A stretch of 64,000 nucleotides of DNA from Candidatus Marinacidobacterales bacterium (GTDB lineage Bacteria > Acidobacteriota > Vicinamibacteria > Marinacidobacterales > DATDRI01). The stretch spans positions 1,376,001 to 1,440,000 of the forward strand of contig CBDCNP010000002.1 in the NCBI GenBank assembly GCA_965219415.1. The letters are read 5' to 3'. A program made the translations under genes and the position numbers. The notes beneath the pieces were generated by a model. It searched no databases. It saw nothing but the letters and a program-made list of their open reading frames with translations, and was not told the DNA's origin. Shown here piece by piece: positions 29,554 through 40,385 of this stretch. Positions within the stretch are counted from its first letter, which is position 1. The number at the start of each line of letters is the position of its first letter.

Positions 29554-29946
29554 ATGAAGGGCCCAGACGGTTTCGATTTGATCGCCCACCACATCGTGGC
29601 GGTCAAGAACCTCGGAGGGGCGGATCGCCTCTTCGGGGGCACGATGCTCGCCTGGCTGGACGACGCCGGAGCAAGCTACGCGATGATAAAGGCGCACGCC
29701 TCCGGTATGGTGACTCGACACATCGAGGCGATGGACTTCCTGGCGCCGGGTCGATTGGGCGACGTGCTAGGCATCTATGGACGAGTATCCAAAACCGGCA
29801 GGACTTCTATCTCGGTCGAAATGTGCGTACTCGCCGAGGATCCAGCAAGCGGGGCCTCTCGGGAGATCGTCCACACCACGTTCGTCTTCGTCGCCGTCGA
29901 CAAGTGGGGCAAGAAGACACCCATCAGGACTCAGCTGGAAACCTGA
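29554..29946 (+). CDS. Acyl-CoA thioesterase (hotdog fold)
   Basis: LFGGTMLAWLDDAG, GRTSISV, FVFVAVD. Confidence 0.85.
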   Translation: MKGPDGFDLIAHHIVAVKNLGGADRLFGGTMLAWLDDAGASYAMIKAHASGMVTRHIEAMDFLAPGRLGDVLGIYGRVSKTGRTSISVEMCVLAEDPASGASREIVHTTFVFVAVDKWGKKTPIRTQLET

Positions 29947-29977
29947 CTCTCTAGGCAAAAGTTTGAAGGAGGTAGTC

Positions 29978-30487
29978 ATGAAGTTAAGCAAGCTTGTTTT
30001 CCTTTCTTTGCTCGCCTTTTCCGTCTTTGCATGTGCACCCCCTCCGAGTCAGCAGGAAAGTGCGCCACCTGAAGTCGACCCGGCTCAAGTGCGGGCGGCA
30101 GTCGAGCAACGTAACGCGAAGTTCGAAGAGGCTGTCCAGAACCAGGATGCCGCGGCGCTCGGGGCTCTCTACACCTCGAACGCTGCTTTGCTTCCTCCCG
30201 GCGGTGAGATCGTTCGCGGCAAAGCGGGCGCCGAGGAGCTATGGGGCTCCGTGTTAAGCGGAATGGGACTCAAGACCGTGGACCTCTCGACGGTAGAGCT
30301 CGAAGTTTCCGGCGATACGGCGTTCGAGATCGGAGAGGCGACTCTGAACCTGGAGCCCGAGGGCGGAGAGGCAATGACTCAGTCCCTCAAATACATCGTT
30401 GTTTGGAAGAAAGAGGATGGCACCTGGAAGCTCCACTGGGACATCTGGAACGACAAGCCCGCTCCTAAGGAAGAAGGCACCGACTAG
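29978..30487 (+). CDS. NTF2-like/DUF4440 lipoprotein
   Basis: AAGGAGG RBS, lipobox [39 protein letters not shown]. Confidence 0.85.
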   Translation: MKLSKLVFLSLLAFSVFACAPPPSQQESAPPEVDPAQVRAAVEQRNAKFEEAVQNQDAAALGALYTSNAALLPPGGEIVRGKAGAEELWGSVLSGMGLKTVDLSTVELEVSGDTAFEIGEATLNLEPEGGEAMTQSLKYIVVWKKEDGTWKLHWDIWNDKPAPKEEGTD

Positions 30488-31644
30488 ACTTCGAGGCGGG
30501 AGGAAGTCCGTTTCTCGATGAGCTGATCGAGCTCTGCACGAAGACGAGGAAGGATCTCATCGTAGGAAAAAGCGCCAACTAGCTCGGTGCGACGCTTCAG
30601 GTTAACGAGTCGCGGACCGCACCACAGCCCCAGATCGGCGTCGTCGGTCTCGCCCGGTCCGTTCACCCGGCAACCCATCACCGCGATGGTGAGCGCATGC
30701 TCTTGGGCATAAACGGTGAGGTCCCGGACTTTTTCCGCAAGCTCGACGAATTGCTCATTCTCTACGCGTGAGCAAGACGGGCAAGAGATGATATTGAGGC
30801 GATCGTTGCCGAAGTCCGGCACCGATCGAAAGCGACCCGCCTCGATGTCCTCCAAGATTTGATGCCCGACTTCGACCTCCTCGGGCTTTCGCGGGTTGGG
30901 AAGCGTCAAGGAGACGCGAATGGTGTCTCCGATGCCACGACTCAGAAGCTTTTCGAAGGCAATGCGGGTCTTGATGATTCCGTCCGGCGGTAGCCCCGCC
31001 TCGGTTACCCCGAGGTGAAGCGGTATCTCGGGACGCTCCTCGGCAAACCGCGTGTTGGCGTCGACGACTTTGGCCGGATCCGAGTCCTTTAGGGACACGC
31101 AGTAACGCGTGAACCCGAGCTCCTCCAGCAGGTCCACGTGCTCGATGGCCGAGGCCACCATCGCGCCGACCGAATCCTCGCCGAACTTCTCGGCGATCGC
31201 GGGATCGACCGAGCCACAATTGACGCCGACCCGCATCGCGCAATCGTTCTCCGCCGCAACTTCCGCGAGGTAGTGGACTTTGTCTCGGACCGGCCTCGAT
31301 TTCTCGTGGTGGTAGAGATGACCCGGGTTGTAGCGGATCTTGTCGACGAAGGGGGCCACCTCCTCCGCCAAACGATAGCTCTCTTGAAGGTCGACAGAGA
31401 GATTGGCCTCGGTCCTTTCTCGGATGACCTTGAGAGCGTCGGCGTCCTTGGAGCTGTCCACCGCGACTCGAACGACCGCAGCACCGGCTTTCCGCAAGGC
31501 CTCTGCCTGGGCGGTGGTCGCCTCGACATCCTGGGTCTTGGTGGCGCACATGCTTTGGACGGCGATCGGCTCGCCACCACCGATGCTGATCGAACCGATG
31601 CGAACGCTACGAGTCGGTTTGCGCCTCTCTATCTTGCCCATCAC
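30484..31644 (-). CDS. ispG: (E)-4-hydroxy-3-methylbut-2-enyl-diphosphate synthase
   Basis: [34 protein letters not shown], 4Fe-4S ligands CPSCSR...[10 protein letters not shown]. Confidence 0.95.
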   Translation of the reverse strand: MMGKIERRKPTRSVRIGSISIGGGEPIAVQSMCATKTQDVEATTAQAEALRKAGAAVVRVAVDSSKDADALKVIRERTEANLSVDLQESYRLAEEVAPFVDKIRYNPGHLYHHEKSRPVRDKVHYLAEVAAENDCAMRVGVNCGSVDPAIAEKFGEDSVGAMVASAIEHVDLLEELGFTRYCVSLKDSDPAKVVDANTRFAEERPEIPLHLGVTEAGLPPDGIIKTRIAFEKLLSRGIGDTIRVSLTLPNPRKPEEVEVGHQILEDIEAGRFRSVPDFGNDRLNIISCPSCSRVENEQFVELAEKVRDLTVYAQEHALTIAVMGCRVNGPGETDDADLGLWCGPRLVNLKRRTELVGAFSYDEILPRLRAELDQLIEKRTSSRLEV

Positions 31645-32563
31645 TCGGTATTCTAACTCCTCTTCGTGCCGCTTTCGACTTCCCCTCTCCTTCGACGAGG
31701 CGCACGAGGGTGTCGAGATCTTGATAGTTGAGAAGTAATTCTCCTATCGTTCCGTCCGATTTCACCCAGAACATCGCCGGGAAGATGTTGACGTTTCCGA
31801 AGGCGGCACGCGTTTTCGGGTCCAGAATAGCCACCGGGTACTCGATCCCTCGCTCGGCGATGAACTCCGCCCGATCCTGGTCAGACACCTCGAGGCCCAG
31901 CGCCACATCGACGTTCAAACCCAGGATCTCGAAGTCGCTCCGAGCATATCTCTCGTAAAGCTCGACCATGTTCGGCGTGATCCTTTGACAAACTGGGCAG
32001 CGCGTCAGCCAGAAGAAGATCAAAGTGTTCTTCCCCACCAGGTCTTTCTCGGTGATGCTCTCCCCTTCCAAGGTGGTCACTTCGAAGGCGGGCACCGGTT
32101 TCCCAATCCAGCCACTGATCTTGACCTCGGAGCCTCTCGTTTCGACGAACTTGTCGATTTCTTTCATATCCGTTGACGCGATCTCACCGGATGCTTCGTC
32201 GAGCGTGATGAGGGTCGGCATCCGTGAGTCCGAGGTCATGACGGTCAAGAGAAGTCGCACCGCCGATGGATGAATCCGGTAGTCGCGCGCGATGTCGGTG
32301 ACCTGCAGCGTTTTTCCAGCGGCTCGCGATTCGCTTTGAAAGTACGCGGGCAGCGCAAAGAAGACTTCATAGAGACGATCTAAGTAGTCCCGCTCCTCCG
32401 CGGAAAGCTCTTTGCTGTTGTGGAGGTCGGAAAAAACCACGCTACCGCCTTCCTCCTTCATCATGTCCTCTACCCGCCGATGGACACCCATCTCGAGATC
32501 GGATGGAGAGTGGCTGCAGGCGGCAAGCTCGACAACAAGAACGAGCAGGACCCAATTCTTCAT
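31607..32563 (-). CDS. TlpA-family thiol-disulfide oxidoreductase lipoprotein (CPVC)
   Basis: ATG 32563, lipobox LAAC; C-terminal redoxin FWLTRCPVC and NIFP cis-Pro; N-terminal domain unknown. Confidence 0.8.
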   Translation of the reverse strand: MKNWVLLVLVVELAACSHSPSDLEMGVHRRVEDMMKEEGGSVVFSDLHNSKELSAEERDYLDRLYEVFFALPAYFQSESRAAGKTLQVTDIARDYRIHPSAVRLLLTVMTSDSRMPTLITLDEASGEIASTDMKEIDKFVETRGSEVKISGWIGKPVPAFEVTTLEGESITEKDLVGKNTLIFFWLTRCPVCQRITPNMVELYERYARSDFEILGLNVDVALGLEVSDQDRAEFIAERGIEYPVAILDPKTRAAFGNVNIFPAMFWVKSDGTIGELLLNYQDLDTLVRLVEGEGKSKAARRGVRIPSDGQDREAQTDS

Positions 32564-32740
32564 GAAACCCTCCCGGAACTTGGCCGATGGCTGGTCATCT
32601 AGTGCCGTTCCAACTGGTTCAGGACTTGATTGTGACTGCACTAGTGTCGCGCGTCCTTGGCCTAGCCGCAAATGGGCGTCGGCGCTTCAGATTATGGCTG
32701 TACAAACACGCTGTCTCCAGATAGCATATTAGGAAGGGTT

Positions 32741-33079
32741 ATGGAAAAGCGGTCGCAGGCACGGCTCGTCCCGGAAGGCTCGCTGAAGTGTACCGTCGAG
32801 TGGGAAAAGGGTCGGGAGGACGGCCGGGTCCACAACATCTCCCCCCAAGGTGCTCTGCTCGAATCCAAGACCGATTTTGGTATCAGTAAGGTCAAGCTCA
32901 TCTTGAACTTCGAGGGGAGCGGCGAATCCATCACCTTGGACGCCGCGATTCGTTGGCATGCGGTTTCCCCACAGGATCAAACCGACCACTACGGATTGGT
33001 TTTTCGAACCGTGGACGAGGTAACCCAGCGACGACTCGACGAAGCCATCAAAATCTTGATGGAGCAACAGCCACAGTAA
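32741..33079 (+). CDS. Stand-alone PilZ domain protein (c-di-GMP receptor)
   Basis: RxxxR (RSQAR) and N/DxSxxG (NISPQG) motifs, YGLVF. Confidence 0.8.
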   Translation: MEKRSQARLVPEGSLKCTVEWEKGREDGRVHNISPQGALLESKTDFGISKVKLILNFEGSGESITLDAAIRWHAVSPQDQTDHYGLVFRTVDEVTQRRLDEAIKILMEQQPQ

Positions 33080-33172
33080 ACGCCGCGTTCCTGCGGCAGC
33101 TTCCCTCCTTCCGTTTTCCCCCCAAGCCGACCTTAGCGCTGGTATAATGCCGCGCCTAACAGAGGTAAACCC

Positions 33173-34291
33173 ATGCGATTCGAAACCTTCGAGATGGAAA
33201 GGATGCAGTCCACCTGGGAGAACCGGGTGCGCTACAACCTTTCCGAAAGCGGTGTGAAACCGATCCACTTGGGCGAGCTCGTCGATCCCATGACCTTGAA
33301 AGACAGGGCGTTGGGCTATCCGCAGACCAACGGGTCGATCGAGCTTCGGGAGCTGATCAGCGATCTCTACCCTGGCTCCGACACCGACAACATCGTGGTA
33401 ACCAACGGGACGGCGGAGGCCAACTTCGTGAGCGTCTTGAACTTGGTCGAGCCGGGTGACCATGTGGTGGTCATGCTCCCCAACTACATGCAGATCTGGG
33501 GGCTGGCTCGCTCGTTGGGAGCCACCGTCGAGCCTTTGTGGCTTCGGGAAGAGACGAAGTGGGCGCCTGATCTGGATGAGCTGGCGCGTGTCGTCACCGA
33601 TAAAACCAAGCTCATCGCCATCTGCAACCCAAACAACCCCACCGGTGCAGTGCTCAGCGAAGGCGATATGAGGGAAATCTGCAAGATCGGCGGGAAGGTC
33701 GGCGCCTGGATACTCTCCGACGAGGTCTACCAAGGCGCGGATCATGGTGAAGAACCCTCACCCACGCTCTGGGGCTGGTACGACCGACTGTTGGTTACCT
33801 GCGGTCTGTCGAAAGCCTATGGCTTGCCCGGGCTTCGCATCGGATGGGTGGCCGGACCGCAGGATAAGGTGGGGGAGCTTTGGTCTTACAAAGACTACAC
33901 CTCCATCGGCCCGGGAGCACTCTCCGAAACGCTCGCGCGGGTCGCCTTGGAGCCGACTCGCCGCCACCAAATCCTGGAGCGGACAAGATCCATCATGAAA
34001 AAGCAGTTCCCCGTTCTGGAGAAGTGGGTTTCCGAGCAGAACGGGGTGTTCACGATGGTGCCCCCACAAGCCGCTGCCATCGCGTATTTGCGGTACGACT
34101 TGGACATTGGTTCGGGGGAGCTCATCACCCGTGCACGTGATGAGAAAAGCGTTCTTCTCGTACCCGGCGATCAGTTCAAGATGGATCGCTATATCCGCGT
34201 GGGTTTCGGCTATGACGCCGAGATACTGGAGAAGGGGCTCCAGCTTTTCTCAGAGCTCTTGCGGACGTTGCGCTCGGAAGTTCACTCGTGA
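33173..34291 (+). CDS. PLP-dependent aminotransferase class I/II
   Basis: CNPNNPTG, SDEVY, SKAYGLPGLRIGW; TATAAT at about 33143 and GAGG RBS upstream. Confidence 0.92.
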   Translation: MRFETFEMERMQSTWENRVRYNLSESGVKPIHLGELVDPMTLKDRALGYPQTNGSIELRELISDLYPGSDTDNIVVTNGTAEANFVSVLNLVEPGDHVVVMLPNYMQIWGLARSLGATVEPLWLREETKWAPDLDELARVVTDKTKLIAICNPNNPTGAVLSEGDMREICKIGGKVGAWILSDEVYQGADHGEEPSPTLWGWYDRLLVTCGLSKAYGLPGLRIGWVAGPQDKVGELWSYKDYTSIGPGALSETLARVALEPTRRHQILERTRSIMKKQFPVLEKWVSEQNGVFTMVPPQAAAIAYLRYDLDIGSGELITRARDEKSVLLVPGDQFKMDRYIRVGFGYDAEILEKGLQLFSELLRTLRSEVHS

Positions 34292-34348
34292 TCAGTCATC
34301 AGTAAACACCCATCAGTGATCAGTAATCGCAACTGATTACTGCTAACT
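34291..34348. repeat. Intergenic heptamer repeats (ATCAGTN) with inverted copies forming a hairpin
   Basis: ATCAGTC, ATCAGTA, ATCAGTG, ATCAGTA, then ACTGATT/ACTGCTA; CAGTAATC pairs with GATTACTG. Confidence 0.65.
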
Positions 34349-34355
34349 TGCCCGT

Positions 34356-35396
34356 ATGGAAGTCACGCTTGCGCTGGTTGGTTTTGGTAACGCGGGTCGG
34401 GCGTTCGTTCGGCTCCTCCTCCAAAAACGGAAGGAACTCCTCTCCACATACGCTCTCACCTTCCGGGTAACCGGCATTGCCACTCGGTCTCACGGATCGG
34501 CGATCGATCCGAAGGGCCTCGACTGTCGCAAGGCTCTACGACGCGTGGAATCCGGCAAATCCATCGAAGATCTCCACGTCGGAATTCCAGTTCGTGGCGC
34601 GATGGACTTCATACGCCGACGACCATCGCAGTTCCTCTTCGAAATCACGACCCTCAATCCATGGAGCGGTCTGCCCGCCACCGATCATGTCCGGACCGCC
34701 TTGCGGAAGGGCATGCACGTCGTCACGGCAAACAAGGGACCGGTCGCTCTAGCCTACCGAGAGCTCGGGAAGCTGGCTCGAGAAAAGAAGCTCGCCTTTC
34801 GTTTCGAGGGAACCGTGCTCGACGGGGCTCCCGTCTTCAACCTCGTAGAGAAGACTCTCCCCGGCACACGGATTCTTGGGTTTCGCGGAATTCTCAACAG
34901 TACCTGCAACCTCATTCTATCCGAGATGGAAAAAGGCAATAGCCGAGACACTGCGCTCGAAAAAGCGCGCGCGATGGGGGTAGCGGAGGCTGATACCAGC
35001 CACGACATCGAAGGATGGGATACCGCGACCAAAACGGCGGTCCTGGCCAACGTTCTATTAGGGGCCAACATCAGACCGGTGGAGGTGAGTCGGATGGGCA
35101 TCGATGCGGTTCGACCCCTGGACGTTCAGCGAGCCCTCCGCCAGGGGAAGGCACTTCGGCTTATCGGACGGAGTCGCCGCAAGGGTCGGAAGGTGACGGC
35201 CAGAGTCGCGCCGGAGCTGCTCGAGCAGAGCGATCCGATGTCCACCGCGTTCGGAACCACCAACATACTCGCACTCGAGACGGACACCATGAAGGAGTTG
35301 ATCTTGGTGGAGAAGGAACCCGGCGTCGAACAAACGGCTTATGCGCTGCTTTCCGATTTGCTCGTCGTTGCGACCGACCCAACCCGCCTTGGGTGA
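34356..35396 (+). CDS. hom: Homoserine dehydrogenase (no ACT domain)
   Basis: GFGNAG, VVTANKGP, FEGTVLDGAP, GILNSTCN, GVAEAD..HDIEGWD. Confidence 0.9.
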   Translation: MEVTLALVGFGNAGRAFVRLLLQKRKELLSTYALTFRVTGIATRSHGSAIDPKGLDCRKALRRVESGKSIEDLHVGIPVRGAMDFIRRRPSQFLFEITTLNPWSGLPATDHVRTALRKGMHVVTANKGPVALAYRELGKLAREKKLAFRFEGTVLDGAPVFNLVEKTLPGTRILGFRGILNSTCNLILSEMEKGNSRDTALEKARAMGVAEADTSHDIEGWDTATKTAVLANVLLGANIRPVEVSRMGIDAVRPLDVQRALRQGKALRLIGRSRRKGRKVTARVAPELLEQSDPMSTAFGTTNILALETDTMKELILVEKEPGVEQTAYALLSDLLVVATDPTRLG

Positions 35397-35635
35397 TTTC
35401 GACGACTCGCCTCTCAAAGGGGCCCAGCTGGTATTCGAGACCAACCCCTATATTCCCGGAGAGCTTCGTCTGGGCTACAAGCTGCTCAAGGATGCGGGCT
35501 ATCTCCCACCGGAGATGGAGCTTCGCAAACAGATCTGCACGCTCGAGGAAGGGAGAGGAATCAAAGGAAGAAGAGACCCTCGTTAACGAGGCCATGTTCG
35601 CAACGCGCAGGCTCGATGTGATATCCTCTTATTAA
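35389..35635 (+). pseudogene. DUF1992 (DnaJ-associated) fragment, N-terminus missing
   Basis: GDFDDSPLKG...PGELRLGYKLLKDAGYLPPEMELRK with no start codon; begins at the hom stop. Confidence 0.6.
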
Positions 35636-35672
35636 TTCCGCTTCACACACATAGCCCCGAAAGGAGGTCCCC

Positions 35673-36785
35673 GTGGCTCTCAAGGACTTCATGAAGTCGC
35701 AATTCATCGAGGTCATCGAATGGCTCGACGATTCGAGCGACACGATGGTCCACCGTTTCCCGGTCCAAGGTCAGGAGATCAAGATCGGGGCCCAGCTCAC
35801 GGTGCGGGAAGGACAATCCGCGATCTTCGTCAACGAGGGAAAGACCGCCGACATCTTCGCGCCGGGGCGTCACAAACTATCCACTCGCAACTTGCCCATT
35901 CTCACCAAGCTCATGGCGTGGAAGCACGGCTTCAATTCCCCGTTCAAAGCCGAAGTCTACTTCGTGTCGACACGACAATTCACTGATCAAAAGTGGGGTA
36001 CTTCGAATCCGGTCATGCTTCGTGACCCCGAGCTCGGTGCCATTCGGTTGCGCGCCTTCGGGATCTTTTCCTTCAAGGTGAACGATCCCGCGCTGTTCAT
36101 GAGGGAAATCGTGGGAACCGACGGGCACTTCACGACCGAGGAGATCAACGGTCAGCTGAAACGATTGACGATCTCCGGGTTCAGCGACCTTTTGGCGGAG
36201 TCCAAGATCCCTGCGTTCGACCTGGCTTCGAAGTATGACGAACTCTCGAGCGAGGCCAAGGCCAAGCTGAAACACGAGTTCAGGAGCCACGGGCTGGAGC
36301 TCGCCAAGTTCTACGTGGAAAACATTTCTTTCCCCGCCGAAGTCGAGGAGATGCTCGATAAGCGCGCCAGCATGGGCGTCGTCGGAGACATGAGCCGCTT
36401 CACTCGGTTTCAAACGGCCAAAGCGATCGAGTCGGCGGCCGATAACCCCGGAGGCGCTGCCGGAGCGGGCGTCGGGATCGGCGCCGGGGTCGCCATGGGG
36501 CAATCGATGATGGGCGCGATGGGCGGAGCGCAAACCTCGGCCACACCGACTGCGACGTCGACTTGCGTCAAGTGCTCGAAGGCGATCGCCGCAGGATCGG
36601 GTTTTTGCAGTCACTGCGGCGCCCCACAGGGTCAAACCTGCGGTAAGTGCGACAGCCCGGTCGCCGCAGACGCCAAGTTCTGCTCCAGCTGCGGGACGGC
36701 CCAAGGCACCAGTTGCAGCAAGTGCAAGGCCGCTCTCAACGCGGGCGCGAAGTTCTGCGCTTCTTGCGGAACTCCTGTCGGTTAA
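35673..36785 (+). CDS. SPFH (YdjI-like) domain protein with C-terminal zinc ribbons
   Basis: AAGGAGG RBS; IEVIEW, LTVREGQSAIFVNEG, SPFKAEVYF, KWGT.NP; three CxxC...FCxxCG units. Confidence 0.88.
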   Translation: MALKDFMKSQFIEVIEWLDDSSDTMVHRFPVQGQEIKIGAQLTVREGQSAIFVNEGKTADIFAPGRHKLSTRNLPILTKLMAWKHGFNSPFKAEVYFVSTRQFTDQKWGTSNPVMLRDPELGAIRLRAFGIFSFKVNDPALFMREIVGTDGHFTTEEINGQLKRLTISGFSDLLAESKIPAFDLASKYDELSSEAKAKLKHEFRSHGLELAKFYVENISFPAEVEEMLDKRASMGVVGDMSRFTRFQTAKAIESAADNPGGAAGAGVGIGAGVAMGQSMMGAMGGAQTSATPTATSTCVKCSKAIAAGSGFCSHCGAPQGQTCGKCDSPVAADAKFCSSCGTAQGTSCSKCKAALNAGAKFCASCGTPVG

Positions 36786-37198
36786 TCTGCTACCAGGAAA
36801 ACGAGCTCCACGCCCGGTGCGATCAGCACTAGCGATGCACCGGATCGCTGCCAGGTCTGAGCGTTCACAAGACCCTGCAAGTACTGGTTGGACAACGACC
36901 CCGGTGGACACGCGGCAAGAGTGCAGGCCAAGAGCGGGCCAATCGTGATGGCGTTTCCTTCGGTCGTGTAACTCCCCGAGCAACGGTTGCGGTCGACTTG
37001 GAAATTCACCGCGCCGTCGGGCTCGAACCGTGCCGTGTATCTCGCGGGAATGGGGACGTTGACCACGCCGCCGTCGCCGATTTGAAACCTCTGAAGCTGC
37101 CACTCGCCTTGGATCGCGGCAAGCTCTTCTACACTGGTGGCGGTGTTGCAGGAGACGTATAGCATCGGAATCAACAGGGAGAGCAGCAGTCGCTTCAT
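36782..37198 (-). CDS. META/HslJ domain lipoprotein
   Basis: Lipobox YVSC, WQLQRF, NRCSGSY, TLAACPP. Confidence 0.75.
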   Translation of the reverse strand: MKRLLLSLLIPMLYVSCNTATSVEELAAIQGEWQLQRFQIGDGGVVNVPIPARYTARFEPDGAVNFQVDRNRCSGSYTTEGNAITIGPLLACTLAACPPGSLSNQYLQGLVNAQTWQRSGASLVLIAPGVELVFLVAD

Positions 37199-37250
37199 AT
37201 CCAACCTCTCGTCCGTGTGAGTGTAAGTGCTTCGGCTCGTGGTGTCGGAC

Positions 37251-38540
37251 TTATCCCCGTTTTTCTATGGGGACGAAGCTTCGCTCCTTGGGACCAAGGT
37301 AGATCTGGCGCGGCCGCGCGATCCTCTGCTCGGGATCGGTAAGCATCTCCTCCCACTGTGCAAGCCAGCCGGAGGTGCGAGGAATCGCGAAGAGCACCGG
37401 GAACATGTCCAGCGGAAAACCCATCGCCTGATAGATGATTCCCGAGTAGAAGTCGACATTCGGGTACAGGCGTCGCTTGACGAAGTAGTCGTCCTGGAGA
37501 GCGATCCGCTCGAGCTCCATGGCAATGTCGAGTTGTGGATTGCGCCCGGTCACCTCGAGGACTTGATGGGCAACATCTTTAATGATTTTGGCTCGCGGAT
37601 CGTAGCTCTTATAGACCCGATGGCCGAAACCCGTCAAACGGACGTCACCATCCTTAACTTTCTTGACGTAGGCCGGGATTTTCTCGACGCTCCCAATTTC
37701 GCCCAGCATGCGTAGCACCGCCTCGTTGGCCCCGCCATGAAGCGGACCGTAAAGGGCCGCGGCGGCAGCTGCAGTGGCTGAATACGCATCGACCTGCGAG
37801 CTTCCTACGTTTCGCATGGCGCTAGTGCTGCAGTTTTGTTCATGGTCTACATGGAGGATAAACAACAGGTCCAACGCCCTTTCCAAAACTGGGTTCGGCT
37901 TGTACTTCGGCTCAGTCATGCGGAACATCATGTTCAATAGGTTTCCAGAATACGAAAGCTCGTTGTCGGGCGGCGTGTAGGGCATGCCCACGCTGTGCCG
38001 GTAGGCGTAAGCTGCGAGCGTCGGTGTCTTGGCGATAAGGCGGTAGGTTTGCTTGCGGCGGTTATCGGCGTCTAGAACCCGGCGGGCGTTAGGATAGAAG
38101 GTTGACAGCGCCGCCACCGTGCTCACCAGCATCCCCATCGGGTGGGCATCATGATGGAACCCGTCCAGCACCTTCTTCATGTTTTCATGAATGATGGTGT
38201 GGTGCGTGATGTTGAAGACCCACTCCTTGTACTGCTGTTTGGTGGGAAGCTCGCCGTTGATGATGAGATAGGCGACTTCCATGTAGTTCGATTTTTGCGC
38301 AAGCTGCTCGATGGGATATCCGCGGTAACGGAGAATGCCCTTGTCGCCGTCGATGAAGGTGATGCGGCTCTTGCAAGACGCGGTGTTCAGGAATGCCGGG
38401 TCATAGCTCATCATTCCAAAGTCGCCGTCCGCGACCTTGATATTTCGTAGGTCTATGGCCCGTATCGTGTCGTTCTCGATGGGAACCTCGTAGGTCTTGC
38501 CGGTCCGATTATCCGTAATCGTGAGAGAGTCACTGCCCAT
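37251..38540 (-). CDS. gltA: Citrate synthase
   Basis: ITFIDGDKGILRYRGY, DHEQNCST, GPLHGGANE, GFGHRVYK, YPNVDFYSG, RPRQIY. Confidence 0.97.
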   Translation of the reverse strand: MGSDSLTITDNRTGKTYEVPIENDTIRAIDLRNIKVADGDFGMMSYDPAFLNTASCKSRITFIDGDKGILRYRGYPIEQLAQKSNYMEVAYLIINGELPTKQQYKEWVFNITHHTIIHENMKKVLDGFHHDAHPMGMLVSTVAALSTFYPNARRVLDADNRRKQTYRLIAKTPTLAAYAYRHSVGMPYTPPDNELSYSGNLLNMMFRMTEPKYKPNPVLERALDLLFILHVDHEQNCSTSAMRNVGSSQVDAYSATAAAAAALYGPLHGGANEAVLRMLGEIGSVEKIPAYVKKVKDGDVRLTGFGHRVYKSYDPRAKIIKDVAHQVLEVTGRNPQLDIAMELERIALQDDYFVKRRLYPNVDFYSGIIYQAMGFPLDMFPVLFAIPRTSGWLAQWEEMLTDPEQRIARPRQIYLGPKERSFVPIEKRG

Positions 38541-38670
38541 CCGCCCATCTCCTCCACTTTTTCGTACCACTCTATTCTACCCCCTTTCCAACCGAAAGTA
38601 CTTCGACGATTTGGATAGTGCGCTTTGCGTGGCTTGGATCCTGGCGAAAACGGATCTAGCATCGCGGGAA

Positions 38671-39441
38671 ATGACTCCCAGCCCGATGGAGCTAATGGTT
38701 ACGGTCGCCGCCCGTGAGATACGCGATGAAGAGCTCGTCTTCGTGGGCATGCGGCTGCCCCTGCTGTCTTGCCTGCTGGCTCAAGCCACTCACGCGCCCA
38801 GAGCGGTGGGGCTCTACGAGAACGGGCTCATCCGGGCGAGGGCCGGCGCCGAGATGCTCTATACCATGAGCGACCCCGCCAACGTTTTGGGAGCAACCCG
38901 GGCGACGGACCTGCTAGAGGTCATGGGTCTACTCCAGTCGGGTCGAGTTGGAGTGGGGTTCGTGGGCGCCGCCCAGGTCGACCGCTTCGGGAATCTCAAC
39001 TCCACTCGGGCGCTCGACGCCGGCGGCAAGTGGACGCGCCTACCGGGAAGCGGTGGCGCCTCGGATATCGCGGCGCTAGCCGAGCGACTGGTCGTACTCG
39101 TGGCTCACCAGCGACGACGATTCCCCGAGCGGGTGGACCACCTTACGTCGCCGGGTTACGGCACGGGTGGACGGTGGAGGGAAAACGTCGGTCTCCCCCG
39201 GGGAGGGCCGGCGGCGATCATCACCGACCGCGCGGTCTTGAGATTCCACCCAGAAAGCAAGGAGGCGGAGCTACAGTCCTATCATCCCGGGTGCTCAACC
39301 GACGAGATCGCTTCGTTGACTGGTTGGCCGCTTCGACTCGCGGCGAACCTCCACGAGACGCTGCTCCCGAGCGCGGACGAGCTTGCGGTACTGAGAAGGC
39401 TCGACCCCGACGACTTTTGGTTACGGAAGAAAAAGGCGTGA
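38671..39441 (+). CDS. Family I CoA-transferase beta subunit (GctB-like)
   Basis: YENG catalytic Glu region, GAAQVDRFGNLNS, RLPGSGGA, HLTSPG. Confidence 0.85.
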   Translation: MTPSPMELMVTVAAREIRDEELVFVGMRLPLLSCLLAQATHAPRAVGLYENGLIRARAGAEMLYTMSDPANVLGATRATDLLEVMGLLQSGRVGVGFVGAAQVDRFGNLNSTRALDAGGKWTRLPGSGGASDIAALAERLVVLVAHQRRRFPERVDHLTSPGYGTGGRWRENVGLPRGGPAAIITDRAVLRFHPESKEAELQSYHPGCSTDEIASLTGWPLRLAANLHETLLPSADELAVLRRLDPDDFWLRKKKA

Positions 39442-40380
39442 GCCCGGTGCCGGTAAACGAATTCAACGAATCCAAGCTGGTCACGATGCGCGAGGCGGTG
39501 GAACGCTGGGTCCCGAATGGCTCCACCGTGCTCATGGGTGCAGCTCTCGAAGCGCAAATTCCCTTCTCAGCGGGTCACGAGATCATCCGGCAGAAGCGTC
39601 GTGAGCTCACCTTGGTGGCGCCGATTTCGGACGTGCTCTTCGACCAGCTGGTCGGCGCTAGTGTTGCGCGAAGGTTAATCGCTGCCTGGATCGGCAACGT
39701 TTCTTCTGGCTCCGGGTATAACCTTCGTCGCGCCGCGGAAGAATCGGTACCTGCTCCCATCGAAATGGTGGACCACTCGAATTTCACACTGGCTCTCCTT
39801 ACACGCCGCGGCGCTCGGCGCGCCGTTCCTGCCAACCTATTCGACATTGGGTACGGACATCATGAAAGCGAACGCCGGCTTGGAGCCCATCGTTTGCCCC
39901 TTCAGCGGAGACCGCATGGTGGCAGTCCAAGCGCTGGCGCTCGACGTCGCGATTCTTCCTGTGCAGCGGGCGGACCGGGACGGCAACGCGCATCTCTGGG
40001 GCAACCTCGGCGTCGTTCCGGATGCCGCACGCGCGGCAAAGGCGGTCGTTGTGGTCACCGAGGAAATCGTCTCTTCGGATGTTATCGCCAGTGACCCCAA
40101 CCGAACCGTCATCCCCGGATTTCTGGTTGCCGCGATCGTCCACGACCCTATGGGGTCACATCCCTCTCCTTGCCAAGGATATTACAGCCGAGACCACGCC
40201 TACTACACCGAGTACCACGAAGAGAGCAGGACAAGAGAGGGATTCCTTTCTCGGCTCGACAAGTGGGTGCTGTCGGTCAAAGACCGCAAGCGTTACCTGA
40301 ACGTGCTCGGAAGCGAACGAGCGGGTGGATTGCGCGTGAAACATCCCGCCCCCTCGGCTGCCGCCGACTACGGGATGTAG
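39438..40380 (+). pseudogene. Family I CoA-transferase alpha subunit (GctA-like), frameshift near 39800
   Basis: SKLVTMREAV, IPFSAGHEIIRQ, then in the next frame LGTDI, CPFSG, VQRADRDGN, GSHPSPCQGYY. Confidence 0.8.
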
Positions 40381-40385
40381 CGCGC

